Part shown: positions 53,133 through 62,517 of the stretch, in pieces | Numbering within the stretch: the first letter of the stretch is position 1 | Layout: each line of letters opens with the position of its first letter | From: Bacteroidaceae bacterium | Lineage (GTDB): Bacteria > Bacillota_I > Bacilli_A > RFN20 > CAG-826 | DNA: 64,000 nt | Direction of reading: 5' to 3' | Assembly (NCBI GenBank): GCA_963657885.1 | Contig: CAVKNZ010000004.1 | Coordinates: 331 to 64,330, forward strand | Made by a program: the position numbers and the translations under genes | Notes under the pieces: model-generated | Databases searched by the model: none | What the model was told of the DNA's origin: nothing | What the model saw: only the letters and a program-made list of their open reading frames with translations

Positions 53133-53133
53133 A

Positions 53134-53214
53134 AGTGTGTAATAAAACGTTGAATAAAGTGTGTAATAACTGTGTAATAAAATTAGCTTTTCCGTTGAAT
53201 AACTGTGTAATAAA
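53134..53214. repeat. 81-bp direct repeat, right copy
   Basis: Identical to 51736-51816 except at 3 positions (GA>AG, G>C). It starts 2 nt after the stop codon. Confidence 0.9.
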
Positions 53215-53225
53215 AATCTAGCTAC

Positions 53226-53624
53226 TTAAGAGGCTAAATAAATAGAAAGAAAGATAAGTCCTACTAAAAGAAAAACGCCTCCAACGATAAAAAGAAATAA
53301 ATAACCATGTATCTTTTTTCTTTTTTCAAGGTATTCTGCGTAGCTTTCTTCCCGGTTTTTATTTAAAGGAAGAAGCATTCTAAATAAATGCTTTAAAGTG
53401 TAGCCCACTCCAAAGAAGGCCCCCATATTAGCAAACATGATGATAAAGCCAACACCAACAAAAAGGATGCCTGGTACGATAAAGCCATCGCAAAGAAAAT
53501 GCATGATTTCTTTTCTATCAGTCAAGGAATAGATATTTTGAATAGAAATAACAATAAAAAATAAACCAACTCCCAATAGCGAGGAGATGGAATATTTTAA
53601 GATTGAAGGAAGATATTTTTTCAT
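53226..53624 (-). CDS. Small membrane protein (DUF3899-like), last gene of the opp operon
   Basis: 132 aa with 4 hydrophobic segments. Its ATG overlaps the oppF stop (ATGA). Confidence 0.55.
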   Translation of the reverse strand: MKKYLPSILKYSISSLLGVGLFFIVISIQNIYSLTDRKEIMHFLCDGFIVPGILFVGVGFIIMFANMGAFFGVGYTLKHLFRMLLPLNKNREESYAEYLEKRKKIHGYLFLFIVGGVFLLVGLIFLSIYLAS

Positions 53625-54901
53625 TTTTTCATAACTATCTTTTTATATTCTTGCTCTTCAAAATCGTTGCAATAGACAAAGTGATTAGGAGAAACTTCTC
53701 TTAAAGAAGGTAAATCAATAGAATAATCGTGATCAGTTATTGGATTATAGTTGATGCGAACTCGCTTCTTTTCATAAAGTGGGTCAGGAAGAGGAATCGC
53801 ACTTAAAAGCGACTTAGTGTATGGATGAAGAGGATGAGCAAATAGCTCATCGCTACTAGCAAGTTCCACTAATTTGCCATAATACATGACACCGATGCGA
53901 TCGCTAAAATATTTAACAACGCTTAAATCGTGAGCGATAAATAAAATTGTTAAACCTAATTTATCTCTTAGCTCATTTAATAAGTTGATCACTTGAGCTT
54001 GAATAGAAACATCTAAGGCACTTACTGGTTCATCAGCAATAATCATATCCGGTTGCATGATGATGCTTCTAGCAATGCCGATGCGTTGACGTTGACCACC
54101 GCTAAATTCATGCGGATATCGACTTGCATGCTCTTTTAATAGTCCCACCATATCAAGCATTTTATAAACTTCTTCTTGAATATGCTTTTTCCCTTTAACG
54201 CCTTTGACAATAAGTCCTTCAGAGATGATTTCTTCAACTGTCATTCTCGGATTAAGTGAGCCAATTGGGTCTTGGAAAATCATCTGGATGGAAGTCACTA
54301 TTTTTGACTTCTTAGCTAAATGAAGTTCATTTCTATATTCTTTTTTTAACGCTTTTAAAGCTTTTAAATTGTCTTCATTAGGCTCCGCTAAAGCCTTCTT
54401 TTCTGCTTTTTTAAGCATAGGATCATATTTTTCACTAACTTCTTTTGCTTTTAAATTAGCAAAGTCTTTATCGCAATATTTTTGATCGTGACGCGCTTTT
54501 AGGATTTCTTCTTTTTGTTTAGCAATCTTTTCTAAATTAAGAAGTTTTTCTTTTTCAAAACTTGCTTTTTTAGCTTCGTTATCTTCTTTTAAGATTTCAG
54601 AAGTAAGTCTTCTATTTTCTTTTCTGAGTTTTCTAATTTCATTTTGATACGATCTAATGCCCGCGCCGATGCGGACACCTTTAAAGATGATGTCACCAGA
54701 AGTGATGTTATATATTTTAATAATTGATCTTCCGGTAGTTGTCTTTCCACATCCCGATTCCCCGACAAGACCAAAGACTTCGCCTTTATAGACATCAAAG
54801 CTTACATCATCGACCGCTTTAAAGTCTTTTCGCTTCAAGGAAAAGTATTGGCAAAGATGCCTAACGGAAAGTAAAACTTCTTTTTTATTATCTTTATTCA
54901 T
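53621..54901 (-). CDS. oppF: Oligopeptide ABC transporter ATPase OppF with ~110-aa K/E-rich insertion
   Basis: Walker A GESGCGKTT, Q-loop IQMIFQDP, signature FSGGQRQR, Walker B IIADEPVSALD. The Walker A to Q-loop distance is about 150 aa, versus about 40 in typical OppF. Confidence 0.9.
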   Translation of the reverse strand: MNKDNKKEVLLSVRHLCQYFSLKRKDFKAVDDVSFDVYKGEVFGLVGESGCGKTTTGRSIIKIYNITSGDIIFKGVRIGAGIRSYQNEIRKLRKENRRLTSEILKEDNEAKKASFEKEKLLNLEKIAKQKEEILKARHDQKYCDKDFANLKAKEVSEKYDPMLKKAEKKALAEPNEDNLKALKALKKEYRNELHLAKKSKIVTSIQMIFQDPIGSLNPRMTVEEIISEGLIVKGVKGKKHIQEEVYKMLDMVGLLKEHASRYPHEFSGGQRQRIGIARSIIMQPDMIIADEPVSALDVSIQAQVINLLNELRDKLGLTILFIAHDLSVVKYFSDRIGVMYYGKLVELASSDELFAHPLHPYTKSLLSAIPLPDPLYEKKRVRINYNPITDHDYSIDLPSLREVSPNHFVYCNDFEEQEYKKIVMKK

Positions 54902-54903
54902 AT

Positions 54904-57096
54904 CTATTTAGCTCCCGTCTCACTTCTTTTCATGCGGTTTATTCGTTCTTTTATTGCTTTTGGTAAATCAACTTTCGGGGCTCTAGGATCAAGTAGCCAC
55001 GTAGCCGCGTAGTGCGACTCAGAAATCTTAAACATCGGCGGTTCTTCCTCATAGTCAATCTTCAAGGCGTATTTATTTCTTGCAGCAAAGGCATCACCTT
55101 TTGGAGGATAAATCATGTTCGGCGGAGTTCCAGGAATAGCTTCAAGTTTGTCTTTTGTGTCTAAATCAGGCATCGAAGAAAGTAAAGCCCAAGTATAAGG
55201 ATGAGCAGGCGAATAAAAGATGTCGCTACTCGTGCCATATTCAACAATCTTACCCGCGTACATAACCGCGATATCATCGGCCATATTAGCAACAACTCCT
55301 AAATCGTGGGTGATGAAAATAATCGATAAATTTCTCTTAGCTTTTAGCTCATTAATAAGTTCAAGAATCTGCGATTGAATGGTCACATCTAAGGCGGTTG
55401 TTGGCTCATCGCAAATTAAAATTTCTGGCTCCGCGGATAAGGCGATAGCAATGACAATTCTTTGTCTCATTCCGCCGGAAAATTCAAATGGATATTGACG
55501 GAATCTACTTCTCGCTTCGGGAATTGACACTTCTTCCATGAGTTTAATGGCTTTCTCTTTAGCTGCGGTCTTGGTGAGCTTATAGACAATTTCTTTCGCT
55601 TTTTCTTTTAAATATTCGACAAGTAGATAGCTCACCTTGTCCCATTTTTGATAGTTGTGACCATCAAATTTTCTAATTGATGATTCATATTTAGTTATCA
55701 ATGCATCTAATGAAGAAATCATATCGCTTTTAATATCAGCTAAATCGATGATCTTTTGAGGGACGACTTTATAGTCAACTTGTTTCCCTTTTTCTATCTT
55801 TTTGTTGTATCGATTCATTTGACGAGTGTATCGAACTTCATCTTTTTCATTAGCTTTAATCGAGGCAAAATACTTGTTGCAGTTGGCTAATAAGGAAGAG
55901 GAAATGATATAGGCAACGCTGTCCTTTTGGCTTTTAAGAGGATCAATTGATGCTTTTACAATTGGCTTAAACGCTTTAACTAATTCTTTAAAAGTTTTCT
56001 TATCTAGCTCATTTTCCACTAGATATAAGCGAATATCTTTAGCCATTCTCACTGCTTCTTTTTTATATTCGAGGCTTTTATATACACTATGCTCTAAGGC
56101 CGCGCGAGAATAGCTAGAAAAAATCGAAAGATAATGTTCATCAAAATATTTTGATGTCTCCTTATTGATTTCTTTAAAAGAAGATAAATTTAGTAACGAT
56201 TCTTCTTTTGAACGCAGATAATAGCCTAGTCTAAAGAAATCTAGGGCTTCCCGACTTTGAATAGAAGAAATTGTTTCTTCGATATGCTTTAAAGAAGGAA
56301 GAGTTTTCTCTTTTATGAAAGTTTTACTGTTTTCTTTATTTGCTTTTAAGGAATTTAAATCAGTTAAGATGCCTTTAAAAGAAGAAGATATTTCTTCGAT
56401 ATTGCCTTTAATTCCTAAAAGGAAATATTCATTACGGATTTTTCCAAGTTTCTTTAATGATGATTTAACGCACATTGAAACATCTACCTTATAGTTATGC
56501 TCAACTTTCATAATCGTATCTTTTAAAAGCGAAGAAACATTATCTAGATATTCAACATCGACGTTAAAAGCGTTTTCTAATTTGTTAGCCACCAAAACGA
56601 AACTATAGAAAGTAGCGATTAAATCATCAATTTTTTCTTCATCCAATGATGAGTTAACTGCACATTCATGCATCGCTATTTTTAAATTTGATAGCATATG
56701 TTTAAAGTCGCGTTTTGCTTCTCTTCTTGTCGCCTTATTTTTTAGAATCATCGCTTCAGTAATTTGCTTACCAATGCGAACAATCGGATTAAGGGATGAT
56801 AATGGATCTTGGAAAATCATCGCGATTTTATCCCCACGAATGTGATACATATCTTTTTCGTTTAATTTTAATAAGTCGTGTCCATCATAGATGATTTCTC
56901 CGCTTTCTATAATGGCGTTGCCGGCACTTATCCCTAAGATAGCTCTAGAGGTAACAGACTTTCCGGAACCAGATTCTCCGACAATTGCTAAAGTTTTTCC
57001 CTTCTGTAAGGAAAAGGAAATATCGCGAACCGCTTTAACAGTTCCGTTATTGGTCCTAAAGGATATCTTTAAGCGTCTAACATCTAAAATAGCCAT
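54904..57096 (-). CDS. oppD: Oligopeptide ABC transporter ATPase OppD with ~370-aa insertion
   Basis: Walker A GESGSGKS (aa ~41), Q-loop IAMIFQDP (aa ~93), signature FSGGMRQR only at aa ~535, Walker B LICDEPTTALD. Total length is 730 aa, versus about 330 typical. Confidence 0.9.
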   Translation of the reverse strand: MAILDVRRLKISFRTNNGTVKAVRDISFSLQKGKTLAIVGESGSGKSVTSRAILGISAGNAIIESGEIIYDGHDLLKLNEKDMYHIRGDKIAMIFQDPLSSLNPIVRIGKQITEAMILKNKATRREAKRDFKHMLSNLKIAMHECAVNSSLDEEKIDDLIATFYSFVLVANKLENAFNVDVEYLDNVSSLLKDTIMKVEHNYKVDVSMCVKSSLKKLGKIRNEYFLLGIKGNIEEISSSFKGILTDLNSLKANKENSKTFIKEKTLPSLKHIEETISSIQSREALDFFRLGYYLRSKEESLLNLSSFKEINKETSKYFDEHYLSIFSSYSRAALEHSVYKSLEYKKEAVRMAKDIRLYLVENELDKKTFKELVKAFKPIVKASIDPLKSQKDSVAYIISSSLLANCNKYFASIKANEKDEVRYTRQMNRYNKKIEKGKQVDYKVVPQKIIDLADIKSDMISSLDALITKYESSIRKFDGHNYQKWDKVSYLLVEYLKEKAKEIVYKLTKTAAKEKAIKLMEEVSIPEARSRFRQYPFEFSGGMRQRIVIAIALSAEPEILICDEPTTALDVTIQSQILELINELKAKRNLSIIFITHDLGVVANMADDIAVMYAGKIVEYGTSSDIFYSPAHPYTWALLSSMPDLDTKDKLEAIPGTPPNMIYPPKGDAFAARNKYALKIDYEEEPPMFKISESHYAATWLLDPRAPKVDLPKAIKERINRMKRSETGAK

Positions 57097-57098
57097 AA

Positions 57099-58670
57099 TT
57101 ATTCTTCGCTCCCACGTAGTTGAGGATTAAAGGCATCGCGTAAACCGTTGCCAAAAAGGTTAAAACAAATCATTAATAAAGATAAAACAAGAGCCGGGAA
57201 GATAAGCGTTGAAGGATAATCTTGCCAGATAGTTGAAGCATCGCTAAGAAGAGTGCCTAGCGAAGTCGTAGTTGCTCCGCCAAGCTGAATAATGCCTAAA
57301 TAAGAAAGCATACTTTCGGAATAGACAACTCCAGGAATAACTAAAGCGCTAGAAGTGATGATCGTGCCTAAAGTATTTGGGAAAATATGTTTCCACATGA
57401 TGCGCCTATTTGACGCCCCAAGCGTGCGAGCGGCCAACACATATTCTTGATTTTTATAACGGTAAAACTGCGTTCTAACGCTACTAGCTGTACCAATCCA
57501 GCCGGTGGAAATATAAGCAAATAAAAGGCAGACAAAGGAACCAACACTTCGAGCTAAATGCAGTTGAAATAAAGTTACCACGACAATAAATGGCACCTGC
57601 ACTAAGATATCGCTGATGCGTTCCATGACTAAGTCAGTTGCCCCACCATAATAGCCTTCAATCGCTCCATAGATTGCTCCGATAACAAAGTTAATGACGC
57701 TAACTAAAACAGCGATGATAAGCGATAAACGAATTCCGCTAGAAAGGCGATAAATCATCGAATATCCTTGCGAATCTGTACCAAAAAGATAATTTGGCTC
57801 TCTTCCATATAGATATCGATAATAGTTATAAAAGAGCACTCTAACTTTAAGTTGATGCGTGCTTTCATCACCTCCACCAACAGGCGTTTTATAGACAAAA
57901 TTTCCTTCGCTATCTAATAAATAGTTATGTTCAAGCACTAAATCATCGCTATAAGAGACAATGTTGCCAGCAGCATTAATCGGGTCAGCTCGGCCTTTAA
58001 CTTTGTACCAATAGTTCGCTTCATCCGCGCTATTTTTAAATAGAGATGGGTAATATTGATTATCCATATCAATGAGAGGATAAAGAATTTTGTAGCCATG
58101 TTCTTTTTCATAATCTAAAATGACTTGAAAATCCTGCTGTTCAATTTGAATGTTTTTAAAGCCCACCGCTAAATACTGATCGATATTCGCGTTATAAATA
58201 TTCGCTTTTTTTGTCTTAGATTGACCAACCGTAAAGTCGATGATAGGCGAATAATAAGATTCTTGCGCCTCCTTCATGCTCACAACTGGCTTTTCTTCGC
58301 TAAATTCGCTAGCGACGCCAATGGAGGCAAAGTAAACCATATTTCGATCATCGTATGAGGAGGATTTGCCTCCATTGACACCCAAGTTATATAAAACCGT
58401 ATTTCTAGGACTTAGTTTTGCGTATTGAGGAACAAATAAAGTTCTGATGCTACTAGGCGTAGCTAAAGGAACGATAATTGAAAAGAGGATGATGATACCG
58501 ATGATAATTGAAGCGACAACGCTAGCCTTATTTTTGCTAAAGCGAATCAAGGCGTCTTTAAAATAGCCACGCGGTTTCGTGTCTAGCTTTTGATCGTGAA
58601 TAACTTCGCCAACATTAGCAAAGCTAAAGCGATCATCTTTAAGTAAACTCACATCTTTCTTAGCCATCAT
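57099..58670 (-). CDS. oppC: Oligopeptide ABC transporter permease OppC with enlarged extracytoplasmic loop
   Basis: BPD-transport core (ARTLGASNRRIMWKHIFPN). There are about 220 extra residues between TM1 and TM2. Confidence 0.9.
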   Translation of the reverse strand: MMAKKDVSLLKDDRFSFANVGEVIHDQKLDTKPRGYFKDALIRFSKNKASVVASIIIGIIILFSIIVPLATPSSIRTLFVPQYAKLSPRNTVLYNLGVNGGKSSSYDDRNMVYFASIGVASEFSEEKPVVSMKEAQESYYSPIIDFTVGQSKTKKANIYNANIDQYLAVGFKNIQIEQQDFQVILDYEKEHGYKILYPLIDMDNQYYPSLFKNSADEANYWYKVKGRADPINAAGNIVSYSDDLVLEHNYLLDSEGNFVYKTPVGGGDESTHQLKVRVLFYNYYRYLYGREPNYLFGTDSQGYSMIYRLSSGIRLSLIIAVLVSVINFVIGAIYGAIEGYYGGATDLVMERISDILVQVPFIVVVTLFQLHLARSVGSFVCLLFAYISTGWIGTASSVRTQFYRYKNQEYVLAARTLGASNRRIMWKHIFPNTLGTIITSSALVIPGVVYSESMLSYLGIIQLGGATTTSLGTLLSDASTIWQDYPSTLIFPALVLSLLMICFNLFGNGLRDAFNPQLRGSEE

Positions 58671-59635
58671 TTTTGTCCCATCTTAATACGTGGATCAATA
58701 AATCCATATGAGATATCCACCACAATGCCAGCGACTAGACCAATGAGAGTGTAAAATATCGAATCTAGCATGAAGACATCGTAGTCAAGCTGATTTATCG
58801 AATCGATATACAATCGTCCGATACCAGGAATTGAGAAAATCTTTTCAATGATAAGCGAGCCGCCAAGAATGCCAATAAATGAAGAAATAATCATTGGGAG
58901 AATTGGTACCATCGCATTTTTAAGCGCGTGACGAACAGTTGCTTGAGAACGAGTTAAACCTTTAGTTCTAGCTAAAAGCATGTAGTCGCTAGTTAAGGTT
59001 TCGGTAAGTTCCGCTCTTGTGAAGCGGCATAAGCCAGCAATTTCACCAAAGGAAAGGGCTAAAATCGGAAGGATAAGTGAAGAAAACATCTTCGGCGTGA
59101 AATAACTTCCTCCGGCATCGGCAAGCGAATACATGACCGGCGTATCCACTAAACGTAGCTGAAAAAACAATACGTATTGCACTAAAAAGGCATAAACGTA
59201 TGAAGGAACACTGACAAAAAGGATGACCATTGTTGAAATTAGATGATCTTGCCATCTATTTTTCTTAATCGCTGCATAGATTCCAAAAGCTAAGCCAAAA
59301 GGAATCGAAAATAGTAAAGCGTATAAGTTAACAATGATAGTTGGAAGAAGTCTTTCCGACATCACTTCGATAGCAGGAGTCATCTTAGCAATCTTCCAAG
59401 AAGTGCCAAAATCAAATTCCGTAAATATGCCTTTTAAGTAGATGCCATATTGAATAAGCAATGGCTTATTATAGCCAAGCGCTTCCCAACGGGCTTTAAT
59501 AGCTTCAGTTTCTGCAGTGTTGATACCGCTAGGAATTTCCCGAGGCAAAAGTCTAATAAGAAAAAAACAAATCGTAACGATGATAAAGAAGGTGAAAAGC
59601 ATCAAAAGTAAACGCTTTAAGATGTATTTGAACAT
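58667..59635 (-). CDS. oppB: Oligopeptide ABC transporter permease OppB
   Basis: Typical 6-TM DppB/OppB layout with the EAA-like motif LLARTKGLTRSQATVRHALKNA. Confidence 0.9.
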   Translation of the reverse strand: MFKYILKRLLLMLFTFFIIVTICFFLIRLLPREIPSGINTAETEAIKARWEALGYNKPLLIQYGIYLKGIFTEFDFGTSWKIAKMTPAIEVMSERLLPTIIVNLYALLFSIPFGLAFGIYAAIKKNRWQDHLISTMVILFVSVPSYVYAFLVQYVLFFQLRLVDTPVMYSLADAGGSYFTPKMFSSLILPILALSFGEIAGLCRFTRAELTETLTSDYMLLARTKGLTRSQATVRHALKNAMVPILPMIISSFIGILGGSLIIEKIFSIPGIGRLYIDSINQLDYDVFMLDSIFYTLIGLVAGIVVDISYGFIDPRIKMGQK

Positions 59636-59666
59636 TTGTTCTTTCCTTTCTAGACTTAATAGTCAA

Positions 59667-59702
59667 TCAAACGCAACGCAATAGTAGTCGCGTTGCGTTT
59701 GA
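59667..59702 (-). terminator. 13-bp perfect stem-loop between oppA and oppB (partial terminator / mRNA stabiliser)
   Basis: TCAAACGCAACGC-10 nt-GCGTTGCGTTTGA, located 21 nt after the oppA stop. Confidence 0.7.
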
Positions 59703-59722
59703 ATTAGTTTTAATAACAGAAT

Positions 59723-62257
59723 TTATTCTGCTTTGGTGTAGTCGATTTTACCGCCATGATCAGCGACATATTTTTCCCATTCAGCATCAGAATAGTTGAA
59801 GCTTAAGAGTCTAAATCCACCGAAATCGTACATGATGTTGTAGTTTTCTGTGTAGTAGCTAACTTGTCGACCGAGCAAGAAAGCTGCAGTTGATCCACAA
59901 AGCGGAATACGGTAATACTTGTTGAGGAATTCTTTTTCCATTGTCGCTAGGACACGAAGTTTAATTTCGTTACTAGCATCAACATATTTTCCTGTTCCAA
60001 CTAAGGCATTTGACCAGGCTGCCCAAGTCATTGTGTCTTCAAATTTTTCACCGTTATATTCAAAGGAAATCTTTAAAGTTTCACTTCCTGGAGCCCAACA
60101 AGCTGCTTCGTTAATGCTATATTGTTCAGTATCGCAGTAGACTTGCATATTTCTAAATGGATAGAAAGCCGCACCGCCCCAGGCGCCATAGCCAATCGCG
60201 TATTCGCCATTTGGTACATCTTGATAACGATTTTTTAAATTGCCAACTCCTTTAAGCTCAACTGTGCCAAAACCACTTCCTTCAACTGCGGCATTAAGAT
60301 ATTTATTCATCAAAGAAATTTGGTTTTGTAAATCAGACGTGATTTCACCTGCGGATAAAGCAATGTTAATGATGATAGGTTCGCCTTTGGTGTATAGTCC
60401 TTTTGCTACCAAATCTTCACATGCTGTCTTCATGAGTTTCTTCGCTTCGGTGAGGTTATAGCCAGTAATTGATTTAAAAGCTTCTTTTAAAGTCTTATAA
60501 ACTTTATCTGGACCCCATTCGACGCCGTAAAGATCACAAATTGCTTGCATCGCTGGCTCAGTATCGCGATAAACAGAAGTTGGATTGTTCCAAATATCGT
60601 AATAATAGAGTTCATTTAATAATGAATAAGCTGGCGTGTAAGCTGCAGTTGCAGTGACAAATTCACTTCTATCAACAGCTAAAGAGAAAGCTTTACGGAA
60701 TTCGGTGCTAGTTAAGACAAGACTATGTTTGTTGCCTTTAGTTTCATCCATTTTTCTTAAAGCATCTTCATTTGTGTTAAAGAAGTAAGACATCGTGTAA
60801 GTTTCTTTAACTTGATAGAGAGCATCAGACCTATTGTAGCTACTAAGTTCAGTTGCCGTCGGAGAATATTCACTTAGTTTACCGGCTTCAAATGATTGCT
60901 TTGCCGCGCTTGGATCTAAGACGTCAATGACGATTTTAGTCGCATTGTATTGTCTTCTCTTTTCGCCATCAACTTCGAAATTAGTGAAGGAAATTAGTTT
61001 ACCTTTTTCATCTTTTTCATAGCCCCACCAGTTTTCGTTGCGGACGAAAACCATTTGCTTTTCTTTTTGTAAAGAATCTAGTCTATAGGCTCCATAAGAG
61101 AAAGATGTTTCTTTACTTGTTCCATACGTTGTTGTCCATGGGACGCTATCCTTTTTAAGAAGAGCTTCGTATTTTTCATTATGAACAAGCCATGTACTGC
61201 CAAAAGAGACCATCGCTTGTGACCAATCTAGAGGTGTAGCCATGACATAGTTAAATGTCAAATCATCAACTTTATATAAGCCAACCTTTTCAAATGGGAA
61301 TTCTTCAAATTTCTTCTCGCAATATAGATAGACAACCCAATAATTTTCATTTTCACCCCATTCAGTTGCTTTATTTAATATTTCCTTCAGGGTGTTGACG
61401 TTTTCTACAGTTGCTTTGACAAAGCCATCTTCATCAACTTGAGCAGTTAGTTTTTTGAATAATTCAGCGTCAAAATAAGCAGCATATTGAGCGAGCTTAT
61501 TGCCACTTAGATAGGTTAATTGATGATTGATAGCAATCTTTACACCTAAACCAGTGGATTTTAAAACATATTCGCCATTTTTGACTTCGACATCGCTATC
61601 GCTAGAAACATAGATAGGATTACTGCCATCGTAGTTATCGACGAAAGTTTGTCGACCGCTATAATAACGACTATAGCCTCCCGCAACAGCGCTTTCACCG
61701 CTACAATATAAATTCGCGCGATAGTTTTGTAGATTTGGTTCTAATAGATATTCAAATGATTTAACGAATGAATCAGTGTTGATCACTGTTCCATCTTCCC
61801 ATTTTAAACCACTTCTAAGTTTGATTTGATAAACAATTTGGCCATCGTTACCTTCCTTAAGTGAAGCGATATATTCATCAACAGTCATCACTTCTCCAGT
61901 AGTTTTATTTAAGGGTAGAGTAACTCCGTATTTAGTTATATCCTCTTTTTTAGCTTTGGTGACATCTTTAACTGATTCAGCCATATCATAGGCCCATTGA
62001 TAGATACCATTTTTCGTATCCTTCGCTGTTAAAGAAACAAAGCCTTCACCAAGATAATCATTGACGCCACTATCGGCGTTAGTTTCCCAGGTGTGAGGAT
62101 TCCAGTTTTTTGCTAACGCGCTAGTGTAACTACGATAAGTGTATTCGGGATTGAGATCTACCGGATCATCCGAAGCACTAGTTGTCGGTCCGCATGAAGC
62201 TAAAGAGCCAACAAGCAATATTCCAGCGCATGCAAATAGAATTTTTGAATGTTTCAT
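59723..62257 (-). CDS. oppA: Oligopeptide-binding lipoprotein OppA (large form)
   Basis: The listed ORF starts at TTG 62350. The ATG at 62257 (MKHSKILFACAGILLVGSLASCGP, lipobox LASC) has AGGAAAGGAA upstream. Family-5 solute-binding protein, about 845 aa. Confidence 0.85.
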   Translation of the reverse strand: MKHSKILFACAGILLVGSLASCGPTTSASDDPVDLNPEYTYRSYTSALAKNWNPHTWETNADSGVNDYLGEGFVSLTAKDTKNGIYQWAYDMAESVKDVTKAKKEDITKYGVTLPLNKTTGEVMTVDEYIASLKEGNDGQIVYQIKLRSGLKWEDGTVINTDSFVKSFEYLLEPNLQNYRANLYCSGESAVAGGYSRYYSGRQTFVDNYDGSNPIYVSSDSDVEVKNGEYVLKSTGLGVKIAINHQLTYLSGNKLAQYAAYFDAELFKKLTAQVDEDGFVKATVENVNTLKEILNKATEWGENENYWVVYLYCEKKFEEFPFEKVGLYKVDDLTFNYVMATPLDWSQAMVSFGSTWLVHNEKYEALLKKDSVPWTTTYGTSKETSFSYGAYRLDSLQKEKQMVFVRNENWWGYEKDEKGKLISFTNFEVDGEKRRQYNATKIVIDVLDPSAAKQSFEAGKLSEYSPTATELSSYNRSDALYQVKETYTMSYFFNTNEDALRKMDETKGNKHSLVLTSTEFRKAFSLAVDRSEFVTATAAYTPAYSLLNELYYYDIWNNPTSVYRDTEPAMQAICDLYGVEWGPDKVYKTLKEAFKSITGYNLTEAKKLMKTACEDLVAKGLYTKGEPIIINIALSAGEITSDLQNQISLMNKYLNAAVEGSGFGTVELKGVGNLKNRYQDVPNGEYAIGYGAWGGAAFYPFRNMQVYCDTEQYSINEAACWAPGSETLKISFEYNGEKFEDTMTWAAWSNALVGTGKYVDASNEIKLRVLATMEKEFLNKYYRIPLCGSTAAFLLGRQVSYYTENYNIMYDFGGFRLLSFNYSDAEWEKYVADHGGKIDYTKAE

Positions 62258-62298
62258 ACTTAATTCCTTTCCTCTATTCATTAAAAATAGAAATAATA

Positions 62299-62337
62299 GA
62301 CCTAATGCTATTAAGTTCGCGCAACTTAGATTAGGCC
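62299..62337 (-). terminator. Terminator-like two-tier hairpin 40 nt upstream of the oppA start
   Basis: On the minus strand, GGCCTAAT-CT-AAGTT-GCGCG-AACTT-AATAGC-ATTAGGTC is followed by TATTATTTCTATTTTT. It is either the terminator of the upstream MATE gene (180 nt away) or an opp leader attenuator. Confidence 0.55.
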
Positions 62338-62517
62338 AACAATACTTCAAGAAATCAGAATCGAGATGTCTTAACTCCTTAAAATATTTTCTAAATTAAA
62401 AAAATAGCTTCCCTTCTTTACAACTTTCTAAAAATATAGGTACACCAATAACTGTTGTAATTAAGTTAAAAGCTATTAATTAATTTATTAATTAGAGAAA
62501 AGATTGATATTTATAAA

